Assembly: GCA_023264015.1 (NCBI GenBank)
Contig: JALQTJ010000004.1
Location: 804 to 64,803, forward strand
Source: Flavobacteriaceae bacterium
GTDB lineage: Bacteria > Bacteroidota > Bacteroidia > Flavobacteriales > Flavobacteriaceae
DNA length: 64,000 nucleotides
Direction of reading: 5' to 3'
In this document: positions 19,643 through 29,748 of the stretch, piece after piece
How positions within the stretch are numbered: the stretch's first letter is position 1
How the letters are laid out: each line of letters starts with the position of its first letter
Made by a program: the position numbers and the translations under genes
The notes under the pieces: model-generated
Told to the model about the DNA's origin: nothing
Database searches by the model: none
The model's input: only the letters and a program-made list of their open reading frames with translations

Positions 19643-21520
19643 ATGAAAACGATACAACTCACCACCGCACAGGCCATTGTTCGTTATCTCGGAGTTCAAT
19701 ACAGTGAACGCGACCAAAAAAGTCAACGCCTATTTGCAGGATGCTTTGGTATTCTTGGCCACGGCAATATTGCTGGAATGGGCCAAGCATTAGACCAAGA
19801 AAAGACGCTCACCTATTACCAGAGTCGCAATGAACAGTCCATGGTTCATGCAGCAGCAGCCTATGCGAAGGTCAGTAATCGTTTGAGCACCATGGCCTGT
19901 ACTTCATCTATCGGACCTGGTGCAACCAATATGATCACGGCTGCCGCAGCAGCGACTATAAATCGATTACCTGTTTTACTATTACCTGGAGATTTATTCG
20001 CAAAACGACAGGTTGCACCCGTACTGCAGCAACTAGAATCATCGTATTCACAAGACATTTCGGTTAATGACTGTTTTAAACCCATCTCAGCCTATTGGGA
20101 CCGGATTAATCGTCCTGAACAATTACTAACGGCATTGCCTGAAGCAATGCGAGTGCTCACCTGCCCAATTCAAACTGGCGCCGTCACCATATCCTTACCT
20201 CAAGACGTGCAAATAGAGGCTTTCGAATTTCCTCTATCGTTCTTTGAAGAAACACAATGGACCATTTCTCGATCCAGGCCTGATAAATCGCTTTTGGCAA
20301 AAGCCATAGCGGCTATAAAGCAGTCTGAGAAACCGCTCCTCATTCTTGGGGGTGGGGCCCATTATAGCGAGGCACTTGAAGTTATAAGAGTGCTGGTAGA
20401 TCAAACTGGAATTCCGGTTGCTGAGACCTTTGCAGGCAAAGGAGGGCTTCCTTATAACCACGAGAGTAATTTAGGGGCCCTAGGTGTGACCGGGACCCCC
20501 GGAGCAAATTTAATTGCACAAGAGGCTGATCTCATCATAGGCGTTGGAACACGGTACTCTGATTTTACAACGTCCTCTAAATCCTTATTTCAAAACGAAA
20601 AGGTTCGCTTCATAAACATCAACGTTGCACCCTTTGACGCCGCCAAGCATCATGGATTAATGCTAGCCGGAGATGCCAAAGTAACGGTAGAAGAACTTCT
20701 CACAGGCCTATCAGATTTCAAGGTGTCACCTACTTACAGTTCCAAGGTAAAATCGCTTTGCAAAGTATGGGATAAAAAGGTGTCAGAAGTCTATAACTAC
20801 AGACACCATCCTCAAATGAGTCAAGGTGAAATCATCGGAGCCGTAAATGATTTAGCGTCAGACGACGCCATAATGGTGGCAGCCGCCGGAAGTTTGCCTG
20901 GAGATCTGCACAAATTATGGAGAACCAAAAACTCCAAAGGCTTTCATCTCGAATACGGCTATTCCTGTATGGGCTATGAAATCGCCGGTGGACTGGGCGC
21001 TAAAATGGCATGCCCAGAAAGAGAGGTATTCGTGCTGGTCGGAGACGCAAGTTACCTCATGCTTGCCCAAGAGATCGTAACCTCTGTGCAAGAAGGACTT
21101 AAACTAATCATTATTCTTATAGACAACAACGGATACAAGAGTATTGGATCTCTTTCACGCAGTATTGGCAGCAATGGCTTTGGAACTCGATTCTTATTCA
21201 GAGACTCGAAATCAGGACAAGTCGAGGGCGATCTGACCTCCGAAGCTTCATATTTGCCCGTGAATTTGGCAGAAAACGCACGAAGTCTAGGAGCTCATGT
21301 GATTGAATGCACCAATTACGACTCCTTAACTAAAGGTATAAAAGAAGCACAAGCCCATCCCAAAACAACGGTCATTTACACTACCTGTGACCGCTATCAC
21401 AGTGTCGAAGGATATGGATGGTGGGATGTGCCTATTGCTCAGGTGAGCACTTCGAAAGAAGTAAATGAAGCGAGAGAGGCCAATAAACCTCAACAAGCCA
21501 ATCAACGTTTTTATTACTAA
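19643..21520 (+). CDS. iolD: 3D-(3,5/4)-trihydroxycyclohexane-1,2-dione acylhydrolase (ThDP-dependent)
   Basis: 625-aa ThDP enzyme. It has the N-terminal LTTAQAIVRYL block, the ThDP-binding GDASYLM ... NNGY motif, and IolD-typical length and C-terminus. Confidence 0.85.
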   Translation: MKTIQLTTAQAIVRYLGVQYSERDQKSQRLFAGCFGILGHGNIAGMGQALDQEKTLTYYQSRNEQSMVHAAAAYAKVSNRLSTMACTSSIGPGATNMITAAAAATINRLPVLLLPGDLFAKRQVAPVLQQLESSYSQDISVNDCFKPISAYWDRINRPEQLLTALPEAMRVLTCPIQTGAVTISLPQDVQIEAFEFPLSFFEETQWTISRSRPDKSLLAKAIAAIKQSEKPLLILGGGAHYSEALEVIRVLVDQTGIPVAETFAGKGGLPYNHESNLGALGVTGTPGANLIAQEADLIIGVGTRYSDFTTSSKSLFQNEKVRFININVAPFDAAKHHGLMLAGDAKVTVEELLTGLSDFKVSPTYSSKVKSLCKVWDKKVSEVYNYRHHPQMSQGEIIGAVNDLASDDAIMVAAAGSLPGDLHKLWRTKNSKGFHLEYGYSCMGYEIAGGLGAKMACPEREVFVLVGDASYLMLAQEIVTSVQEGLKLIIILIDNNGYKSIGSLSRSIGSNGFGTRFLFRDSKSGQVEGDLTSEASYLPVNLAENARSLGAHVIECTNYDSLTKGIKEAQAHPKTTVIYTTCDRYHSVEGYGWWDVPIAQVSTSKEVNEAREANKPQQANQRFYY

Positions 21521-21529
21521 TTTAAAAGG

Positions 21530-23110
21530 ATGCAAACCGCCCTCACCTTTATCGCTTTTACCGCATTTGTGGCCTTCTTTTCATGGTACCGATTAAGAAA
21601 AGAATCGTTAAGCTCTCAAGAAGGTTATTTTTTAGGGGGGCGGAGTCTAAGCGGTTTAGTAATCGCGGGTTCAATGATTCTGACGAACATTTCGACAGAG
21701 CACCTGATTGGAATGAATGGATCATCGTATCGCAATGGGTTTGTCATTATTGGATGGGAAGTGACCTCGGCTCTTGCCTTGGTGGTGGCTGCACTATTCT
21801 TCGTTCCGAAGTACCTAAAAATGGGACTAACCACCATTCCCGAGTTTTTAGAATACCGGTTTGATGCCACCACACGTACCTTGGTTGCGGCGTTTCTTAT
21901 GATCTCGTTTGTGGTTACGCTTTTACCTATTGTTCTATACACCGGAGCGATCAATTTAGAAAGCATCTTCTCTGTTTCTGAGCGATTAAGCGTCTCACAT
22001 GAAACAGGTTTGTGGATCACCGTTTTTGGGATCGGAATCATCGGCTCTGTTTATGCCATTTTTGGAGGGCTAAAGGCGGTAGCATTTTCAGATTCGATTA
22101 ATGGAATAGGTTTATTGCTAGGCGGTACGGCTATTCCGCTCATTGCGCTCTATCAAATTGGAGACGGTCATATTCTAGAAGGACTATCGGCTGTGATTGA
22201 TCATGCCCCCGAAAAATTTAATGTGATTGGGAGCAAAGAGTCCGTATTGCCTTTCGAGGTGCTTTTCACCGGATTAATGATCAATCAATTGTATTTCTGG
22301 GGAATGAATCAAACCATCATTCAAAGAGCCTTAGGAGCAAAAAATCTGAAAGAGGCACAAAAAGGATTGCTGTATACCGGGGTGCTTAAAATCCTAGTTC
22401 CGATAATAATCATTCTTCCAGGAGTGATCGGCTTCTATTATTATGGTGACTCCCTCTATGAAAACCAAGATTTAATTTATCCTGAGCTCATTAAAAAATT
22501 GCTTCCAGGTAGCTTTGTGGGCGTCTTTGCGGCGATCATCATGGGGGCTGTTTTAAGCACCTTCAATAGCGTACTCAACAGCGCGGCTACCATTTTTAGC
22601 TTAGACATTTACAAAAAACACCTTAATGCGGCTGCTAACGAGAAACAATTGGTGAGGGCAGGAAAATTAACCTCTACCCTACTTGCACTTTTTGCGATGT
22701 TGGTTGCGCCTCTCGTAGTGAATGCTCCTGAAGGCTTGTATCAGCTGTTACAGCAATTAAACGGAATCTTTTTTATTCCAATTGCCTCAATTATGATTGC
22801 CGGATTTTTCATGCGTTCTATTACTGCAAAGGCAGCAAAAGTTGCATTAATATTCGGACTGATTTTCTATATAGCCACCACCTTCATCTTTAAGGTCAAC
22901 CTTCATTTTGTGCACCTTTGGGGCATTGAGTTTGTGCTCAATATGATTCTCATGTTTGCCGTATCCCAGGGATCTAAAACCCCACTCACCAAGTTTCCCG
23001 AAACTGATATGCCCCTTCTTGATATGCAACCATGGAGGCATACCAAGATCCTATCTTTCATTCTTTGTGCGGTCACTGTTTTTATCTACATTCTTTTAGG
23101 TCAGTTCTAA
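21530..23110 (+). CDS. sodium:solute symporter (SSS/SGLT family); by context a candidate Na+/inositol transporter
   Basis: 526-aa ORF, about 13-14 TM helices, with the SSS N-terminal motif EGYFLGGRSLSG. It is the last gene of the iol operon, 9 nt after iolD. Confidence 0.8.
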   Translation: MQTALTFIAFTAFVAFFSWYRLRKESLSSQEGYFLGGRSLSGLVIAGSMILTNISTEHLIGMNGSSYRNGFVIIGWEVTSALALVVAALFFVPKYLKMGLTTIPEFLEYRFDATTRTLVAAFLMISFVVTLLPIVLYTGAINLESIFSVSERLSVSHETGLWITVFGIGIIGSVYAIFGGLKAVAFSDSINGIGLLLGGTAIPLIALYQIGDGHILEGLSAVIDHAPEKFNVIGSKESVLPFEVLFTGLMINQLYFWGMNQTIIQRALGAKNLKEAQKGLLYTGVLKILVPIIIILPGVIGFYYYGDSLYENQDLIYPELIKKLLPGSFVGVFAAIIMGAVLSTFNSVLNSAATIFSLDIYKKHLNAAANEKQLVRAGKLTSTLLALFAMLVAPLVVNAPEGLYQLLQQLNGIFFIPIASIMIAGFFMRSITAKAAKVALIFGLIFYIATTFIFKVNLHFVHLWGIEFVLNMILMFAVSQGSKTPLTKFPETDMPLLDMQPWRHTKILSFILCAVTVFIYILLGQF

Positions 23111-23131
23111 AAGAATAGGGCTAATAAAACA

Positions 23132-24547
23132 TTAGCGCGTTCCCATAGGCATTGGTGATTGATAGGCTTCAAAAGGATAGCGGTCTGGAAGCACTAAGGT
23201 CCCCGTAGTAAAAATCAACGAGGACTCGAGTCCACTTTTAAAAGTTACTTCAATCAAAGAAGCCGTATATCCCTCAGCACTTTCTGGCGCCTCAATAGCA
23301 TATATTCCGTCGTCATTTTTGGGAATTAGGGTCTTTTGCCAATTTTGTCCGACCTCCCAAATTCTAAAATCTCTTGCGTTTAGATTGTTAATAGACCACA
23401 GAGCGATTTCATAGTCGGATTCTGCGTCTTTGATTAGAACTTCAAAACGATCAGAGTTAATGCTCCACTCCCATTGCGGAATCGACTGCTCATGCGCTAA
23501 GGCATCAAAAAAAGAGAAGACATTTGAGGTATTGTAAGAACCGGCAAGCCCATGATTGCCATTGGGTACGTATTGCAATTGCTTGTATCCCGGTAATTCG
23601 TCGAAATAGAACTTCCATGAATCGGTAACAAAAAATTCATCGATCGTTCCATTAACAATCAGTTTAGGCATCTCAAAACGCTCTTTAAACTCAAAAGGCT
23701 CTACAAATTCAAGTAGCCTGTCAAATTCCTCTGAACCGATCCATTCCATGATTCCATAATTGACATAATCCTGGACGGCAGGTGACCAATCTCCATAAAC
23801 TCGGTAGTGATGCTCAAATGACTCCTCGAGATTAAGCAGATCAATTACTAGTGGTGCCATCCCCATGACCCGATCATCAACTGCTGCAGTGGTCCAAGTC
23901 GTCCATCCTCTTTTAGAAGCCCCTGAAATAAAGAACTCTTGCACCGGCAAACTGCTCTTTGAAGTTACCGCTTGAACGACATCCATGGCCCTTGAAACCG
24001 CTCTTGTCATTGGAAATCGAGCCAACCATTCGGCCTGATCATCAGTCGCACCACGGGTTAAAAACTGCTTCCATCCGTAGGCGATTAAATCATCTTCATA
24101 GCGGTCAATGGTATCGCTAGTTCCAAAATGCATCGGTTGAAAAGGAACATTACTCACGTGAGCAATTACAGCTCTGGTTGATATGGCTTTTTCTACATTG
24201 AGGGTATCAAGCTGCCAAACCTCATCTGCTGAACTGCCCCCACCAATAAACAACAAAGCCTTATCGGTATCTATTTCATTCGGAACAGCAATGTCTACCC
24301 AATGCCACCATTCTGAAGGGGTCGTTTGTTCTTCAGCCATCCATTCTCCTGAAATCATTTTTGCCCTGTAAACTTTAGCTTCCATGTAATCGAGAGAATC
24401 CACGACAGAAAAACTGTAACCCGTGTTGTTTTTGACATAGGCCTGTAATTGCTCAATGGGCTGCAGCGTAACAGCTTGTTCGGCAGAAGTACTGCAAGAA
24501 TAGAGACCGATCAGTATAAGCGTGAACGCCAAGTAGAATTTCTTCAT
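23132..24547 (-). CDS. PhoPQ-activated pathogenicity-related (PqaA-type, alpha/beta-hydrolase-like) family protein, lipoprotein
   Basis: 471-aa ORF with lipobox LYSCS. The blocks LLFIGGGSSADE and ISGASKRGWTTWTTAA match what I recall of the PhoPQ_related family. Confidence 0.6.
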   Translation of the reverse strand: MKKFYLAFTLILIGLYSCSTSAEQAVTLQPIEQLQAYVKNNTGYSFSVVDSLDYMEAKVYRAKMISGEWMAEEQTTPSEWWHWVDIAVPNEIDTDKALLFIGGGSSADEVWQLDTLNVEKAISTRAVIAHVSNVPFQPMHFGTSDTIDRYEDDLIAYGWKQFLTRGATDDQAEWLARFPMTRAVSRAMDVVQAVTSKSSLPVQEFFISGASKRGWTTWTTAAVDDRVMGMAPLVIDLLNLEESFEHHYRVYGDWSPAVQDYVNYGIMEWIGSEEFDRLLEFVEPFEFKERFEMPKLIVNGTIDEFFVTDSWKFYFDELPGYKQLQYVPNGNHGLAGSYNTSNVFSFFDALAHEQSIPQWEWSINSDRFEVLIKDAESDYEIALWSINNLNARDFRIWEVGQNWQKTLIPKNDDGIYAIEAPESAEGYTASLIEVTFKSGLESSLIFTTGTLVLPDRYPFEAYQSPMPMGTR

Positions 24548-24604
24548 CTATCATTTGATTTTGATGTAAATTACTTATTTTAAAAGACTTACAAATACAT
24601 CTCA

Positions 24605-27124
24605 ATGGCATTTGCTCGGTATACTTTCATCGTCATAGTCTTTTTGCTTTGTTCGTGTAATCGAACTTCAGAAGGTAAACTAGAGCTGCATTATGTTATT
24701 CAATCTATCGATACGGTTCAAGAAAGAATGAATGTCACCTTCGAGTTGATTAACCATTCTTCTACAGCTTTCGAAGACGCTTCATGGGAGCTTCATTGGA
24801 ACCAGATGAAAGGCAGAATTGTTGCTTCGAGTCTGCCCGATGGCATTCAATACACGCATATTAACGGAGACAATTACATGAAGCTGCAATTCGACAGTCG
24901 CTGGGCTTTAAGACCAAAAGACACTTTAATCTTTGAATTGCAGCAGCAAGGAGTTATGGATCGATTAGCTATGGGTCCTATTGGTGTGTTTATTGCTCAA
25001 AACGACCTGATACGCGATGTTGAAACTACCATCATTTGGCAGAAGGCGAGGGGGTTATCAGAATTGGAGATTCCCACCCCAGAAAATCGTTTTGAACGAT
25101 TAGAAGGCATCTTTCTTCTGGCAAAGGACTCCATTCTTACCCTGGTTCCACAACCCCTTACTTTATCAATTACTGAAAACAAACGACACGCAGATACCCA
25201 CTGGTCCATTGATCTTGATTCCAACTTAAACGAGTATCGCCCTCAATTGATTTCGCTTATGAACGATCTATTCGAGCAGGGCCTAGATTTTGAAACGAAT
25301 AGACCGTCGAATTTTTTCATCCGCTACAATCCATCTCTCGACAGTGAGGCCTATCGCCTTGATATTACCCTAGGGTATATTACCCTTGAGAGTGCCTCAT
25401 ACCCAGGATTGGTCTATGGCCTTCAATCGCTGCATCAATTGATCGACAGCGCTGATCTTGAAGGTTCCACCTGGCCAATAGCACAGATCGAAGATGCCCC
25501 TCGCTTTGGTTATAGAGGATTTTTACTCGATATCGCGAGAAATTTCTACGGATTACCTAAGCTAAAGCAGATCGTAGACCTGATGAGTCGAATGAAATTG
25601 AATCACTTAGACTTGAGATTGACAGATGATGAAGGATGGCGGCTTGAGATCGACGGGCTACCTGAGTTGACCTCGGTTGCCTCAAATAGAGGATATACTA
25701 CCGATGAACGAGATCGACTAATTCCAATGTATGGGTCCGGAGCCACAGGTACGCCTCAAAGTAATGGCTACCTCACCGCATTAGAGTTCGAAGAACTTCT
25801 ATCCTATGCAAAGGTGCGAAATGTTCAAATCATACCTCAAATCAGCTTTCCTTCACATGCACGAGCAGCTGTAAAGGCAATGGAGAGTCGCTATTATCGC
25901 TATATGCAATTAAACGAACCCGAAAAGGCAAAAGAGTTTCTTCTCAGCGACTTCAAAGATAAAAGCAACTACAGATCTGCTCAAAATTATAACGACAATA
26001 TTGCTTGTATTTGCCTAGAAAGCGCGTATGCGTTTTATGAAAAAGTAATTTCTTCAGTAGAACAGAATTATAAAAATGCAGAGGTTCCACTTACTAAATT
26101 TAGCATTGGTGCCGATGAAGTTCCTTACGGGGCCTGGCAAGAATCTCCCATTTGCGCTAAGTATTTAAAAGAACAAGACACGAGTATTTCTTCTATATCC
26201 TCACTCTATACAAGCAACCTAAAACGCCTAAAAAATCTTTTTGATGCACGGGGTATCACTATGACAGGATGGGAAGATATTTTACTTGATCACTCTGAGA
26301 AAAGCCAGGGAGAAACACAAATAGCTTCAGAAACTTTAGAGTTCGAGGTGATCCCATATGTTTGGAACACCAGTTGGGGTGAAGGCCGAGAAGACATGAT
26401 TTACAAAATGGCAAATGCAGGATTCACCCCTGTGATGAGTAACTCATCGGCCTTTTACTTTGATATGACCGATGATAAAGACATCGAAAATTACGGACTA
26501 AACTGGTCTGGATATGTCGACTATTATGATACATGGGCGATTGATCCATTGAATGTATTTTCAAATCTGACATTGACCGAAAAACATGGTCTAACATCAT
26601 CCTACATCGCAGAACGTGTTAAGCTTGATCCCAAAAAGCAGGCAAACTTTCTAGGCATACAAGGACAGCTTTGGACTGAAACTGCCTTTAATGAAGACAT
26701 ACTCGATGAACTGCTCATGCCTAACCTCATCGTATTCTCAGAAAGAGCATGGGCCTCGTCACCCGAATGGCATCAAGAAGCCGATGCAGTGTTGCAAAAA
26801 GAAAGGAGCTTGAACGAATGGAATATATTCAGTAATACATTAGGCCAGCGATTGCTACCGTTAATAAGCCACTGGTATCCTACCCTCAACTATCACTTAC
26901 CCAAACCAGGAGCAAAAATTATAGAAGGCAAATGGCAGGTACGCTCCCATTTTCCAGGATTAGAAGTGCATTATAATTTTACTGATCGAGAACCAACCGT
27001 TTCAGATCCGATCTTTACAGCTGCCATTGACTCAACTAAGGGGCCACAGATTCATCTGCGCGTATTTGCCCCTAACGGTCGCGGAGGAAGATCTATTCAC
27101 ACCAAATCTCATTTGTCCTACTGA
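24605..27124 (+). CDS. GH20 beta-N-acetylhexosaminidase (chitobiase-like, with N-terminal accessory domains)
   Basis: 839-aa ORF with lipoprotein-like signal LLCSC. GH20 blocks are PRFGYRGFLLDIARNFYG, LNHLDLRLTDDEGWRLEI and the catalytic D-E pair in FSIGADEVPYGAW. Confidence 0.85.
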   Translation: MAFARYTFIVIVFLLCSCNRTSEGKLELHYVIQSIDTVQERMNVTFELINHSSTAFEDASWELHWNQMKGRIVASSLPDGIQYTHINGDNYMKLQFDSRWALRPKDTLIFELQQQGVMDRLAMGPIGVFIAQNDLIRDVETTIIWQKARGLSELEIPTPENRFERLEGIFLLAKDSILTLVPQPLTLSITENKRHADTHWSIDLDSNLNEYRPQLISLMNDLFEQGLDFETNRPSNFFIRYNPSLDSEAYRLDITLGYITLESASYPGLVYGLQSLHQLIDSADLEGSTWPIAQIEDAPRFGYRGFLLDIARNFYGLPKLKQIVDLMSRMKLNHLDLRLTDDEGWRLEIDGLPELTSVASNRGYTTDERDRLIPMYGSGATGTPQSNGYLTALEFEELLSYAKVRNVQIIPQISFPSHARAAVKAMESRYYRYMQLNEPEKAKEFLLSDFKDKSNYRSAQNYNDNIACICLESAYAFYEKVISSVEQNYKNAEVPLTKFSIGADEVPYGAWQESPICAKYLKEQDTSISSISSLYTSNLKRLKNLFDARGITMTGWEDILLDHSEKSQGETQIASETLEFEVIPYVWNTSWGEGREDMIYKMANAGFTPVMSNSSAFYFDMTDDKDIENYGLNWSGYVDYYDTWAIDPLNVFSNLTLTEKHGLTSSYIAERVKLDPKKQANFLGIQGQLWTETAFNEDILDELLMPNLIVFSERAWASSPEWHQEADAVLQKERSLNEWNIFSNTLGQRLLPLISHWYPTLNYHLPKPGAKIIEGKWQVRSHFPGLEVHYNFTDREPTVSDPIFTAAIDSTKGPQIHLRVFAPNGRGGRSIHTKSHLSY

Positions 27125-27127
27125 ACC

Positions 27128-27847
27128 ATGTCCTACCCTTATCACACCGCAGTAAATCATCTTCTAGACGCCATTGTTCAATCCAATAAAGAGTCCATAG
27201 CACAGGCCATTGATTGGTTTGCCGAAACCTTAATCACCGATCACTTGATTCATACCTTTGGCACAGGCCATTCACACATGATCGGATTAGAGCTCTTCGT
27301 TAGAGCTGGCGGATTGGCTAATGTGAACGCCATGCTCGATTCTACTGTAATGACCTCTGAAGGAGCTCGAAGGTCAGCCGAGATCGAACGGATCAGTGGT
27401 TTTTCAAAAGTGATCTGGAATCAGCATCAGATAGCTAAAGAAGATCTATTTATAATCATCTCCAATTCTGGACGCAACGCTATGCCTATAGAAATGGCTC
27501 AATTAGCTAAAGAAAATGGAAATAAAGTGATCGCGATCACCTCGCTCACTCAATCTAAAACGTTTCCTTCTAGAATTGCGAATCAACCCAAGTTGTATGA
27601 GATTGCTGATCTCGTTTTAGATAACAATGTGCCAACCGGTGACGGATTATTGAACATAGGAGCAGACCTAACAGGCGCAGCTTCTACGATTGCAGGCTGT
27701 TTTCTGGTCAACCTGATCGCCACCGAGGCGATGAAAAAAGCGCATTCACAAGGATTTCAACTGCCGATATATTACAGTCAAAATGTAGACGGATTTAGTA
27801 ATGAAGATCTATACAAACGTTTTAGTAGTCGAATCAAACACCTCTAA
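27128..27847 (+). CDS. single SIS-domain protein (UPF0309-like sugar-phosphate isomerase/binding family), no HTH
   Basis: 239-aa ORF starting 3 nt after the GH20 stop. The blocks FGTGHSHMIGLELFVRAGGL and IIISNSGRNAMPIE ... VIAITS are the SIS-fold signatures of the UPF0309 group. Confidence 0.65.
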   Translation: MSYPYHTAVNHLLDAIVQSNKESIAQAIDWFAETLITDHLIHTFGTGHSHMIGLELFVRAGGLANVNAMLDSTVMTSEGARRSAEIERISGFSKVIWNQHQIAKEDLFIIISNSGRNAMPIEMAQLAKENGNKVIAITSLTQSKTFPSRIANQPKLYEIADLVLDNNVPTGDGLLNIGADLTGAASTIAGCFLVNLIATEAMKKAHSQGFQLPIYYSQNVDGFSNEDLYKRFSSRIKHL

Positions 27848-29479
27848 CTATTTTATTTCTCGAACCCTCCTCTTCACAATTGGTATCTGTGAAGGTGCCA
27901 TGCTTAAAGATGATATACCTATATCAAGGAATTCTTCAGTAAAATCAGTATCAGCCGCCAATTCTCCGCATATACTAACCGCTTTCCCAAGTCTTTTTGC
28001 ATGGCTATTAAACTTCTCTATAATAGCAATTAATGTGGGCTTGACATCTTCAAAATAGATAGAAAGATTAACATTCGATCGATCTGCTGCCATTAAAAAT
28101 TGGGCCAAATCGTTAGTTCCAAAAGAGAAGAAATCAGCCAAGTCAACAAATTTTGTAGGATTGACGGCTACGTTAGGAACCTCAACCATAATTCCAAAAG
28201 GAGGCATTTTTAACTCCTTATACCCTTTTGTTTTCAAGTCCTTGAGTTCGTATTGTATTAAACTTTTAATCTCAATGCAATCCTTCTCTGTTGCAATCAT
28301 TGGACATAATATTCTTATCGAAAATTCTTTAGATATCCTTAATAAGGCTCTAATCTGAGGTTTAAGCAATAAATCATAATTTTTTAATCCCAATCGCAAA
28401 GCTCTGAGCCCCATAGCCGGATTTTCTTCATTGGCTACCGGCAAATAACTCAAGGGTTTATCTGAACCAAAGTCTAATAGGCGAATGGTGTGGGTAACCG
28501 CGTCGTATCCTTCTAATATAGAAACATAAACATCGTAGTGATCTTGCTCAGAGAGTGGTGTTTTTTGCTGCAAAAAGGCCAATTCAGTCCTAAACAACCC
28601 GATTCCATCCGCACCGTTCACTTTGGCCTGCTCAACCTCCAATAAACTTCCAACATTGGCCTCGATAGAAATTAATCTGCCACTCTTTGTAACGGCTTTC
28701 TCGACAGCCTTCAAACGCGCTTGTTCAAAGCGCTCTTGTAACACTCTTAATTTTTCCTGTGCGTTTTGAATCTGTTTTGTATTCGGATCCACTACAAACT
28801 CCCCCGCCTCGAGATCGAGCAAAGTTGGAGTTTCATTTTGAATTTCTAAGACCTGCTCACTCACTCCGATGAGTAATGGGATACTTAATGCCTGAGCGAG
28901 TATGGCGGTGTGATCGGTGAGCCCGCCTTCAATCAAAACAATACCGGCAATCGTATCGCTATTCATAGAAGACAACTGTTGAGGGGTCAACTGCCGCGAC
29001 ACGATTACGGCTTTATCTGTCCATGTGAGCTCTTGAATCTCCTGGCCAGATAACAGTCGTATCACAAGATCAGCAAGCATTCGAATGTCTTCTGAACGCG
29101 CACTGAGGTAGGGGTCGTTTAGCGCAATCAGGGTAGTGGCGTAGTCTTCTGTCACTCGAAAAAAACAATACGCTGCGTTTTTCGAACTGCTCTTTATTAG
29201 ATCTTTCGTTTGAACAACAAGCTCTGGGTCTTGTAGCATCTCATCATAGGCCTCGTATAATTCTAAGGCCTCTCCTTCAAGACGGCCAGTCATCGCAGCC
29301 TTCCATTGCCTTACATAATCGCGAGCCCCCGCTAAAGCCTTGTCGAATAGGGATTGTTCGTGTTTAAGGTCTTTGATACCGTGATCAGGAACAACAAGTT
29401 TGGGGGGTAATGCTACCTTTCGGGCAGGAGCAATGGCTATGCCTTTAGAAACTACTTTTCCGGTATACACCTCAGTCAT
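27848..29479 (-). CDS. ptsI: phosphoenolpyruvate-protein phosphotransferase (PTS Enzyme I)
   Basis: 543-aa ORF with the active-site His block GGLTDHTAILAQALSIP, the PEP-binding blocks GLFRTE, NPAMGLRA and FFSFGTNDL, and the Cys block ICGELAAD. Confidence 0.9.
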   Translation of the reverse strand: MTEVYTGKVVSKGIAIAPARKVALPPKLVVPDHGIKDLKHEQSLFDKALAGARDYVRQWKAAMTGRLEGEALELYEAYDEMLQDPELVVQTKDLIKSSSKNAAYCFFRVTEDYATTLIALNDPYLSARSEDIRMLADLVIRLLSGQEIQELTWTDKAVIVSRQLTPQQLSSMNSDTIAGIVLIEGGLTDHTAILAQALSIPLLIGVSEQVLEIQNETPTLLDLEAGEFVVDPNTKQIQNAQEKLRVLQERFEQARLKAVEKAVTKSGRLISIEANVGSLLEVEQAKVNGADGIGLFRTELAFLQQKTPLSEQDHYDVYVSILEGYDAVTHTIRLLDFGSDKPLSYLPVANEENPAMGLRALRLGLKNYDLLLKPQIRALLRISKEFSIRILCPMIATEKDCIEIKSLIQYELKDLKTKGYKELKMPPFGIMVEVPNVAVNPTKFVDLADFFSFGTNDLAQFLMAADRSNVNLSIYFEDVKPTLIAIIEKFNSHAKRLGKAVSICGELAADTDFTEEFLDIGISSLSMAPSQIPIVKRRVREIK

Positions 29480-29748
29480 TACGTACTCGCTGTGAAATTG
29501 GATGAAACCAGATTTTTTAAGCGGTCCAATGCCATATCTTCATCGGCCCCTGAAGCCTCAATGCGGATCTCTTGCTTTGATTTTACTCCGAGAGTCATAA
29601 GAGAAAGCATACTCTTACCATTAGCTTTCTTCTCATTGAAATACACCGAGATCTCAGATTCAAAAGAAGCAGCTGTCTTGGCGAAGAGTGATGCCGTTCT
29701 TGCGTGAAATCCAATAGGGTCATTTAATATGAGGGTGTGCTGTGTCAT
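29479..29748 (-). CDS. ptsH: phosphocarrier protein HPr
   Basis: 89-aa ORF with the His15 context GFHARTAS and the Ser46 context NGKSMLSLMTLGV. Its stop overlaps the ptsI start (TAATG). Confidence 0.9.
   Translation of the reverse strand: MTQHTLILNDPIGFHARTASLFAKTAASFESEISVYFNEKKANGKSMLSLMTLGVKSKQEIRIEASGADEDMALDRLKNLVSSNFTAST

Noticed and set aside
21625-22041. 138-aa ORF antisense inside the SSS transporter gene. Similar embedded antisense or alternate-frame ORFs occur at 18978-19337, 37948-38331, 36373-36714, 53870-54211, 58202-58576, 58589-58909, 48737-49066 and 7994-8314.
   Set aside because: All are fully contained within long ORFs that have strong family signatures. Their translations are low-complexity or Arg/Ser/Cys-rich with no recognisable motifs, as expected from chance open frames opposite coding DNA.
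27801-28058. 85-aa plus-strand ORF spanning the SIS / ptsI junction, which could have been a small junction gene.
   Set aside because: It overlaps the well-supported 3' ends of both genes. Its sequence is simply the antisense of the conserved EI C-terminus, and it has no independent signal.
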